Shown: positions 7,010-13,890 of the stretch, in pieces
Layout: each line of letters opens with the position of its first letter
Position numbering within the stretch: position 1 is the stretch's first letter
Assembly (NCBI GenBank): GCA_004524445.1
Contig: SDNP01000047.1
Coordinates: 1 to 13,890 of the forward strand
DNA: 13,890 nt
Origin: Candidatus Thorarchaeota archaeon
Lineage (GTDB): Archaea > Asgardarchaeota > Thorarchaeia > Thorarchaeales > Thorarchaeaceae
Direction of reading: 5' to 3'
Program-made: the position numbers and the translations under genes
The notes under the pieces: model-generated
Told to the model about the DNA's origin: nothing
The model's database searches: none
What the model saw: only the letters and a program-made list of their open reading frames with translations

Positions 7010-9841
7010 TTGGTTAGACAGGAGAGAGTGTACGAGACAATGAGCAAGACTAGCCAAGAAACGAAAAAACAGACCAAGGCATCGATGAAGATTGAAGGTA
7101 TGCATTGTGCATCTTGTGTAGCGACAATAGAAAAATCACTGCTCAATGAAGATGGCGTCTTCAAAGCAACAGTGAGTCTCCTTGATGAGAAAGCTGTTGT
7201 TGAGTATGATCCTAAGAAAGTGGACCGCGAGAAATTGGAGAAGGCCGTGGAGTCCGCTGGATACAAGCCAAAGCGTCCAACAATGACCTTGACTCTGACT
7301 CCAAAACCAGAAATCGAACAATGGGCATCAATATCTGACTCTGTCGAATCAGTTGACGGTGTTCTTTCAACACGCTCATTTCCGGAATCTGGCAGGATAA
7401 TCGTTGAGTATGATGACGATCGAGTTACAATCAAGTCCATAAAGCGTGTAGTCGTAGAAGAAGGGTTTGACGCTGTCAGCAGCAAGGAAGGTCTAGGCGA
7501 CAGAGAAACCCTTGCAAGGGAGGAAGAAATTCGTTATTATGGATCTCTTCTTGTATTTTCATTGTTCTTTACAATCCCGGTTGCGCTGACAGGATTTGGA
7601 ATATTGACACCATTTATTCAGCCTTTCATTGCTCCAGATGTATTCATGTTCCTGCTAGCAACACCGGTTCAATTTGTTGCTGGTTATCCATTTTACAAAT
7701 CCGGTCTCAGAGGCTTGAGACACGGAAAGACCAATATGGATACATTGATAATGCTTGGTACTAGCGCAGCATATTTCTTCTCTGTTGCTGCAACTTTCAT
7801 ATTTCCCGACTTCCTGCCTTTCTACAGTACTTCAGCTTGGTTAATTGCATTCATAGTTTTAGGAAGGTTCTTGGAAGCCATTGCAAAGGGAAGAACCTCT
7901 AAGTCCATTAGAGGCCTTATGGACATGCAAGCCAACATTGCAGTTGTTGTAAGAAATGATGAAGAGATTACAATACCAATTGAAGATGTTGAAGTTGGAG
8001 ATACTATATTAGTACGTCCGGGTGAGAAAATTCCAGTGGATGGAAAGGTAATCAAAGGTGAGTCTAAAGTAGACGAGTCGATGATCACTGGTGAATCCAT
8101 CCCTGTCGATAAGACACCTGGTGATGATGTTGTTGGTGCAACTATTAATAAGAACGGTGTCCTTCGAATTGAAGCCACGCAAGTGGGTCAGGATACCGTG
8201 CTATCTCAGATTGTCAAGCTTGTAGAAGAAGCTCAAAGTGAGAAGCCTCCAATTCAACGTAAAGCTGATGCCATTGCAGAAGTCTTTGTCCCCTTTGTTC
8301 ACGTAATTGGTCTAGCCACGTTCTTTGGTTGGTTGTTTATTGGCGCGGCAGAATGGACCCTTGCTCTGAGTTTCACCATTGCGGTCCTGGTTGCTGCATG
8401 TCCATGCGCATTGGGGCTTGCCACTCCTACTGCAATCATGGTGGGATTGGGCAAGGGTGCTCAGTCAGGCATCTTGATCAAGACTGGTGCTGGGCTCGAA
8501 ACCATCCCAAAAATGGATACCATCGTCTTCGATAAAACCGGAACCTTGACAGTTGGGCGTCCAACCGTTACTGACTTCGTGCCGGCATCGGGAGTCGAAA
8601 CGGATGAGGCACTTTCATTGATTGCAGGAGTTGAAAAGAACAGCGAACATCCCCTGGCAGAGGCCATTGTAAGGTATGCTCAAAAAGAAGGAATTGCTAT
8701 TCCTTCTAGTAATGAGTTTACATATGAGCAAGGAAGTGGCGTCATTGCTGTTGTCAACGGTCATGAGATTAGAATTGGAAAAGATGAATACCTAACATCT
8801 ACTGGTATAAACATCTCAGAACTAGAACAGCACAGTACAGTGCTGCAAGAGCAAGCCAAAACCACAGTATACGCGGCAAGAGATGGCAAGCCACTAGCGC
8901 TATTGGGGATTGCCGATGCAATTAAACCCTCCTCGATTCAAGCAGTCAGCTCCCTTACAAAAATGGGTTTGAAAGTCTGGATGATAACTGGCGACAAGGA
9001 GCGAACTGCAAAAGCTGTGGCTGATAAAGTTGGAATTGAAAACATCATGTCAGAGGTGCTTCCTGCGGAAAAAGCAGACAAAGTCAAACAACTCCAAAAT
9101 GAAGGCAGAGTTGTCGGTATGGTCGGAGACGGCGTCAATGATGCTCCTGCCCTTGCTCAGGCAGATGTAGGTATTGCCCTCGGCTCTGGAACTGATGTTT
9201 CAGTTGAAACTGGCGAAATTGTTTTGGTTCGTGATGACCTGATGGATGTCGTATCCGGAATTCGCCTGGGCAAGAAAACTATGGAAAAAATCAAACAGGG
9301 CTTCTTCTGGGCTTTGATATACAATATGGCTCTATTGCCAATCGCTGCTGGATTACTATATCCGTTCTTTGGATTGGTTCTCAGACCTGAATTCGCAGGA
9401 CTTGCCATGGCACTGTCAAGCGTATCGGTAGTGAGTAATGCCTTGCTGTTGAATCGGTTTGACCCTACTGAAGAGGATGAAAAGAGCGCCAAAACGGAAG
9501 AGGAAATACAAAAGACAATTGCAATTGATCCTGTGTGCAAGATGGAGGTTGACACTGAAACTGCCGATCTGTATACAGACTACAAAGGGAAGCGATACTA
9601 CTTCTGTGCAGAATATTGTAAAGACGAGTTCGAGAAGAGTCCACAAGAATATATCGACCATGAAGCTATGGCTATTGATGATGACCGGAAGAAGATTGCT
9701 ATAGATCCAATATGCAAAATGGAAGTGGATGTTGAGAATGCTGAGCTATATACCGACCATAACGACAAGAGGTATTACTTCTGTAATCCACATTGCAAGG
9801 CTGTTTTCGACAAAGATCCTGAAAGATTTAGCGATCACTAA
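7010..9841 (+). CDS. copA: Cu(I)/Ag(I)-translocating P1B-1 ATPase with N-terminal HMA domains and two C-terminal YHS/TRASH domains
   Basis: Motifs GMHCASC (HMA), [27 protein letters not shown] and [13 protein letters not shown] and MALSS are the P1B-1 signatures. The true start may be ATG 7040 rather than TTG 7010. Confidence 0.96.
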   Translation: MVRQERVYETMSKTSQETKKQTKASMKIEGMHCASCVATIEKSLLNEDGVFKATVSLLDEKAVVEYDPKKVDREKLEKAVESAGYKPKRPTMTLTLTPKPEIEQWASISDSVESVDGVLSTRSFPESGRIIVEYDDDRVTIKSIKRVVVEEGFDAVSSKEGLGDRETLAREEEIRYYGSLLVFSLFFTIPVALTGFGILTPFIQPFIAPDVFMFLLATPVQFVAGYPFYKSGLRGLRHGKTNMDTLIMLGTSAAYFFSVAATFIFPDFLPFYSTSAWLIAFIVLGRFLEAIAKGRTSKSIRGLMDMQANIAVVVRNDEEITIPIEDVEVGDTILVRPGEKIPVDGKVIKGESKVDESMITGESIPVDKTPGDDVVGATINKNGVLRIEATQVGQDTVLSQIVKLVEEAQSEKPPIQRKADAIAEVFVPFVHVIGLATFFGWLFIGAAEWTLALSFTIAVLVAACPCALGLATPTAIMVGLGKGAQSGILIKTGAGLETIPKMDTIVFDKTGTLTVGRPTVTDFVPASGVETDEALSLIAGVEKNSEHPLAEAIVRYAQKEGIAIPSSNEFTYEQGSGVIAVVNGHEIRIGKDEYLTSTGINISELEQHSTVLQEQAKTTVYAARDGKPLALLGIADAIKPSSIQAVSSLTKMGLKVWMITGDKERTAKAVADKVGIENIMSEVLPAEKADKVKQLQNEGRVVGMVGDGVNDAPALAQADVGIALGSGTDVSVETGEIVLVRDDLMDVVSGIRLGKKTMEKIKQGFFWALIYNMALLPIAAGLLYPFFGLVLRPEFAGLAMALSSVSVVSNALLLNRFDPTEEDEKSAKTEEEIQKTIAIDPVCKMEVDTETADLYTDYKGKRYYFCAEYCKDEFEKSPQEYIDHEAMAIDDDRKKIAIDPICKMEVDVENAELYTDHNDKRYYFCNPHCKAVFDKDPERFSDH
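9518..9838 (+). repeat. Intragenic tandem duplication encoding two YHS/TRASH domains (177-nt period)
   Basis: [12 protein letters not shown]...[22 protein letters not shown] starts at 9518. [12 protein letters not shown]...[22 protein letters not shown] starts at 9695. Confidence 0.92.
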
Positions 9842-10342
9842 GAAACGGTAATCAAAGAAAAAATAAATGGCAGACCTAACCCTATTCAACGAAGGCTGAC
9901 CATAGAATTACTGATTCTTCATCTGCCTTAAGTACTATCCCTATGACCAACTATCTTGAAATGAACAGGCAGTCTGCAAGTGCGAGGTAGAAGGCTGAAC
10001 AAGGCAATGGATAGTCGGATCTCAGCGGTATCTCATATGGTGTTTCTCAACATTCTTCATAACCTACAAATGGCGTGCAAGGACCATCACAGCCTATTAT
10101 TGAGAAACCCAAAGATGGTATGCGAAGATTTACATGGAGTGTCATTTCTCCCAGCTGCCGCGGGCATGAAAGACCGAGCTGAATGAAGAAATTAGAGAAT
10201 GCTTCATCGTGCTGGATTTCGATGTAGCAATCGCTTGTGCAGCTTGTTATCTGTGATTCGTTCAATTTCACACGGATTCTTATCACCGCTCCATAAAAAG
10301 GTTGAATCTTCCGAAAACTCCTTTTGGTATTATTTCACCTTC

Positions 10343-10350
10343 TTTTTAAA
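10343..10350 (+). promoter_or_regulatory. Candidate TATA box (TTTTTAAA) for a leaderless MFS transcript
   Basis: Centred about 25 nt upstream of ATG 10372, the canonical archaeal spacing for a leaderless mRNA. Confidence 0.55.
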
Positions 10351-10371
10351 TCGGGTGGGGAAACCTAAACC

Positions 10372-11703
10372 ATGAATGGAACCAACGGAGATGTGATAGA
10401 GACTATCAAATCGTCAAAATTTGTGCTAGTCCTCTTACTCTTAATGGGCGCATTTGGGGTAATGGGTGGTGGGTTGGTTGCTCCTGGACTGCCTACTATT
10501 GGTGCTGCCTTCGATGCTCCAGAAGCACAGATAGGTTTGATCTTGAGTATCTACACACTTGCAGCGGCGATTAGTCTTCCATTTATTGGCTATTTTATTG
10601 ACGTTGTTGGACGAAAAAAGGTTGGGCTCACCTGCCTTCTCATCGATGGACTAACAGGCATTGCTGTCATCTATGCTCCATCCTTTTCGGTTTTTTTGAT
10701 GATGCGCTTTATCCAAGGCATAGGAATCGCAGGCCTAGTTCCAGTCGCCATGACAGTAATAGGGGACCTTTTTTCAGGCGAAAGAAGGCTGCAGGTCATA
10801 GGACTCCTTTCTGCGAGTATTTCAATGGCAGCAGTCATTATACCTCTCATTGGTGGTGCCCTTGCCTCCGTTGATTGGAGATACGTCTTTTTGGTCTATG
10901 GTTTTTCATTGCTCTTAGCAATATACCTCTACTTCATACTTCCAGAAACGAAACCTGAGCAAGGGAAGGATAAATCAAAGCTTGTTTCCAAGATTAGGGC
11001 ACAAATGCCAGAAGACGCGAATCTCGCATCCCAATTATACGGAAAAATGCTGGAGAATTCAGATTATGCCCATCAACCACAAAAACAACAACCGCAAAGA
11101 GTCAATCGCGCATCGGTTATCGGTTATATCTCCTCTCTTTCTGTTGCATTGAAAATCAAAAAAATTCGGAATGTCATAAGCCATTCTTTTGTTCTGTATT
11201 TTCTTCTATATGCCTTGATTGCTTATTCCCCCACTTATCTCATGCAGACACATAATTTCGATGAAGTTTTTAACGGAGTAGTTATTTCTATTAACGCTCT
11301 CTTTTCAGCATTTTTAGCTTCAAGAGCCTTGTTTGTTTCCAGATACTTGGATTGGCGGCAACGAACCGCCTTGGGCTATGCGATTATCAGTATGAGTTTT
11401 CTTCTTTTGCCATTTTGGAGTCAAGGGAGCTTCATGGTGAGTTTCAGCTTCATCTTCTTTGGAATCGGAATGGGAATTGTTTCCCCTACAATCTATAATC
11501 GTGTGACTCTATTAGCTCCTCCACACCTCACCGGGGCCGTGATCTCGATATTCAATACCATGAAATATATCGGCATGACTGTTGCCCCAATTGCTATTGG
11601 AATTCTTTTGATTTACACAAATCTAAATGTGGTCTTCCTAGTAGTTGGCGGTGTTACTGTTTGTTGGGCAATTCTCGCATTTCTACTTCAAGCTCGAAAA
11701 TGA
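10372..11703 (+). CDS. MFS transporter (MFS_1, drug:H+ antiporter-like) with a long central loop
   Basis: About 12 TM helices. Motif A GYFIDVVGRKK, motif B RFIQGIG, a motif C-like P..GGAL...DWR, and LPET after TM6. Confidence 0.9.
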   Translation: MNGTNGDVIETIKSSKFVLVLLLLMGAFGVMGGGLVAPGLPTIGAAFDAPEAQIGLILSIYTLAAAISLPFIGYFIDVVGRKKVGLTCLLIDGLTGIAVIYAPSFSVFLMMRFIQGIGIAGLVPVAMTVIGDLFSGERRLQVIGLLSASISMAAVIIPLIGGALASVDWRYVFLVYGFSLLLAIYLYFILPETKPEQGKDKSKLVSKIRAQMPEDANLASQLYGKMLENSDYAHQPQKQQPQRVNRASVIGYISSLSVALKIKKIRNVISHSFVLYFLLYALIAYSPTYLMQTHNFDEVFNGVVISINALFSAFLASRALFVSRYLDWRQRTALGYAIISMSFLLLPFWSQGSFMVSFSFIFFGIGMGIVSPTIYNRVTLLAPPHLTGAVISIFNTMKYIGMTVAPIAIGILLIYTNLNVVFLVVGGVTVCWAILAFLLQARK

Positions 11704-11871
11704 GATCAGAGCAAAAGACTGAGAACTCTTGATTATTTTGATTTGCACGGAGTATAGTAAATGGGGACGAATTCTGCAGGATCAATCTTCCATTGAGCGT
11801 GAGTTCAGAACAAAAAGGGAGAAAGTAGCTCTTAATAGTAGGTTTGAATCCTTAATTCGTAGATTCAGTCC

Positions 11872-13224
11872 TTGGAGGAATGGGATTTGCTTAGTCAGCT
11901 GCAAAAAATGTACTTCGGAATGGCGAGATTGGGGCCAAGCATTATGCTTGATATGTTGGATCTAGCCAGTGCATTATTCTACTTCTCAATTCAGCAATTG
12001 CCTGCAATTTACACAGGCATTTCAATTGCAGTCAGCTATGTGGCTATAATGGTTTCAGAGGTCACATTTGGCAATCTCAGCGATAGGATACCACCAAATA
12101 GATTTGGGCGACGGAAGCCGTTCATTATGGTGGGCGCCATATTCATGGCCGCCTCATTTCTTTTCGTATTCACTCCTCATCTCTTCATCGCTCAGGGTGA
12201 TGTCCTTGCATTATTCCTCTACTCTCTTGTGACCATGAGTTTGTTCAAGGTCTCATATGGAATGACCATGACCCCCTTTCAGTCATGGATGCCGGAACTG
12301 ACGGAACCCGAAGAGCGACCCTCAGTGTCATCTTGGCAAAACGTGGCCAATTTCATGGGATTTGTGGCCGGAATCCTTGGTACTACTCTTCTGGCGACAC
12401 GTCCTGAAACTTGGGAACTCCCAACTGAAGTTCTTATGATGATACTAGTTTTCGTGGGTATTCAGCTGGGAGGATTCATTGCTCCTTTAGCCCGCTTACA
12501 TGAGGGCGAGAAATTCATTGCAAATCCGAATATTGTGGAGGACTTGAAGCATGCGCTGAAGAACCCTGATTTTGTTGGATGGATGACTGCTCAGGGGCTT
12601 TTGTCAATTGGATTTGCCATGATAATCAAGACAGCATTTCCATATATTGACGATTTTCTCTTATTCTCCGATACTGAATTTATTATCTTTGGCGTGGAGT
12701 TACTCATCGTTGTCTTCATCTTCTTTGTGATTTGGAGATGGATGATTAGGAACAAAGGCAAAAGAATCACTCTTCAGACTGCCATGATGGTGACCGTGCT
12801 ATCATTGCCGTTCACTCTGTTCATCACCAGCTCTATTCAGGGATTTGCAATGATAGCATTGGTTGGCGCTGGAGTTGCGGGTTACTATCTATTTCCTTAC
12901 ATAATCTATGCAGACTTCGCACAAAAGGATGAGCTAGAAACAGGAGAAGGTCATGCCGGGTTATATACAAGCATCCCTTCCATACCCCTCAATTTGTCTC
13001 AGGCCTTATCCGCATTCATATGGGGCATTGTCTTCAGCCTACCGGAAGTACTGCCCGTCCCGTCCGCACCTGGCACTTTTCTGACACTGGGCTATATCTA
13101 CTGGGGCCCAATTTCTGCGATTTTCATCTTCCTTGCAGTTCTTGTGTTATTCAAGGTGAACTTGGATCCAGACTTTGAAGTACTTGAAGAGCAAGCCATC
13201 GCTCCAAAAACACCCGGTGGTTAG
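11872..13224 (+). CDS. MFS transporter, GPH/MFS_2 (MelB-like glycoside-pentoside-hexuronide:cation symporter) family
   Basis: Motifs GNLSDR...RFGRRKPF, PFQSWMPELTEPEER, GKR and YADFAQKDELETG...GLY are typical of the GPH family. TTG start, exact start uncertain. Confidence 0.88.
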   Translation: MEEWDLLSQLQKMYFGMARLGPSIMLDMLDLASALFYFSIQQLPAIYTGISIAVSYVAIMVSEVTFGNLSDRIPPNRFGRRKPFIMVGAIFMAASFLFVFTPHLFIAQGDVLALFLYSLVTMSLFKVSYGMTMTPFQSWMPELTEPEERPSVSSWQNVANFMGFVAGILGTTLLATRPETWELPTEVLMMILVFVGIQLGGFIAPLARLHEGEKFIANPNIVEDLKHALKNPDFVGWMTAQGLLSIGFAMIIKTAFPYIDDFLLFSDTEFIIFGVELLIVVFIFFVIWRWMIRNKGKRITLQTAMMVTVLSLPFTLFITSSIQGFAMIALVGAGVAGYYLFPYIIYADFAQKDELETGEGHAGLYTSIPSIPLNLSQALSAFIWGIVFSLPEVLPVPSAPGTFLTLGYIYWGPISAIFIFLAVLVLFKVNLDPDFEVLEEQAIAPKTPGG

Positions 13225-13240
13225 ATTCATTACTAAACCA

Positions 13241-13270
13241 AAAACGGGGGGTCAGATCCCCGATGCTTTT
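13241..13270. terminator. Candidate bidirectional terminator between convergent genes
   Basis: CGGGG (13245-13249) / CCCCG (13258-13262) stem flanked by an A-run on the left and TTTT on the right, inside the 47-nt gap between two stop codons. Confidence 0.5.
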
Positions 13271-13271
13271 C

Positions 13272-13889
13272 TTATATGGTTTCGATTTTGATGTCGTCTT
13301 TTACGCCCTTCACACCAGCAGTTCTTTTCGCAATATTCACAGCAGAACTATAGGAAACCCATCCAGGGACTTCGCCGCGCAGAATCACTATTCCGTCTCT
13401 TACTTCGACATCAATGTCTTCCGCTATAGTGGTGGTGTCACGTCTTAGTGCCTCTACAATGCCCTCAGCGATTTCCTCGTCAATAACATCGTCGGTTGGT
13501 ACGATTGCAATATTGTTCGTGACATCCACAACTCCGCCAATGCCGGATGCGATTTGTTCAACTCTCTCTTTTTTCCAATATGAGTCAACATCGCCCTCCA
13601 GAGTAACATGTCCATTCTGGATGATTATCTCAAGATCTGTCTTATCTATGGTCACATTCTTATCAAGGCTATCTTGTATGTGAGCCTGAATTTCCTCGTC
13701 TTTTGGTGGAGAATATCCCTCGGGAAACTTAACCGTCAGTTTGTTCTCAACGTCATGTACTCCATACACTGCAAATGTGCTGATTTCTGCGGCTTTTCTT
13801 CCGTCATAATCGGGAACAGATCCTCTTAGGATTACTTTGTTGCCCTTTACTTTCACATCAATCTGTGAGCCGTCTATTCTGTCATCCCA
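13272..13889 (-). CDS. Multi-BON-domain (OsmY-like) protein; 5' end outside the window
   Basis: Three ~70-aa repeats of the form I.V.V..G.V.L.G.V......A...A....GV..V.N.I. The frame stays open upstream of the track's GTG 13856 (WDDRIDGSQIDVKVK) to the window edge, so that GTG is probably not the start. Confidence 0.9.
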   Translation of the reverse strand, partial: WDDRIDGSQIDVKVKGNKVILRGSVPDYDGRKAAEISTFAVYGVHDVENKLTVKFPEGYSPPKDEEIQAHIQDSLDKNVTIDKTDLEIIIQNGHVTLEGDVDSYWKKERVEQIASGIGGVVDVTNNIAIVPTDDVIDEEIAEGIVEALRRDTTTIAEDIDVEVRDGIVILRGEVPGWVSYSSAVNIAKRTAGVKGVKDDIKIETI

Positions 13890-13890
13890 T

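Noticed and set aside
7000-9704. Antisense and alternate-frame ORFs within copA (e.g. 7000..7485, 7822..8178, 9157..9555)
   Set aside because: Ser/Thr-rich mirror frames typical of the antisense strand of a real gene.
9980-10186. 68-aa plus-strand ORF in the gap
   Set aside because: No recognisable motif or convincing start signal; this length is expected by chance.
9842-10371. RNase P RNA, SRP RNA, tRNA or CRISPR array in the long gap
   Set aside because: No GAGGAAAGTCC-type or SRP helix-8 motif, no cloverleaf and no regularly spaced repeats seen on either strand.
11701-11871. Read-through or fusion of the two in-frame MFS genes through the TGA
   Set aside because: TAG-TAA follows 17 codons after the TGA, and both proteins are already complete MFS units from different families.
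11729-11965. 78-aa ORF bridging the two MFS genes
   Set aside because: Overlaps the second MFS gene in another frame and has no recognisable features.
13263-13829. Plus-strand ORFs opposite the BON gene
   Set aside because: Antisense shadows of a clear three-repeat BON coding sequence.
1-13890. Mobile element or defence system
   Set aside because: No transposase, integrase, nuclease, toxin-antitoxin pair or long terminal repeat is visible.

Overview
Gene-dense archaeal window, most likely from an Asgard archaeon and possibly Thorarchaeia. This taxonomic call is an inference from an unprenylated Rab-like small GTPase, archaeal TATA boxes, TTG/GTG starts and a sequon-rich, C-terminally anchored binding protein. 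The genes in order are: the 3' end of a MaoC/PhaJ-type dehydratase, an orphan family-5 ABC substrate-binding protein that appears circularly permuted, a tandem SRPBCC/START-like protein, a dolichol/phytol kinase-family protein, two tandem TauE/SafE (TSUP) paralogues, a Rab-like GTPase, a CopA Cu(I) P1B-ATPase with two C-terminal YHS/TRASH domains, a 530-bp unexplained gap, two MFS transporters, and a multi-BON-domain protein cut off by the window end. I found no CRISPR array, tRNA/rRNA or mobile element. The best leads are the permuted binding protein, the CopA domain architecture and promoter repeats, the GTPase motif mosaic, and a speculative Cys-rich ORF ending in Cys-TGA downstream of copA. 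I cannot support a coherent new multi-gene system from the sequence alone.
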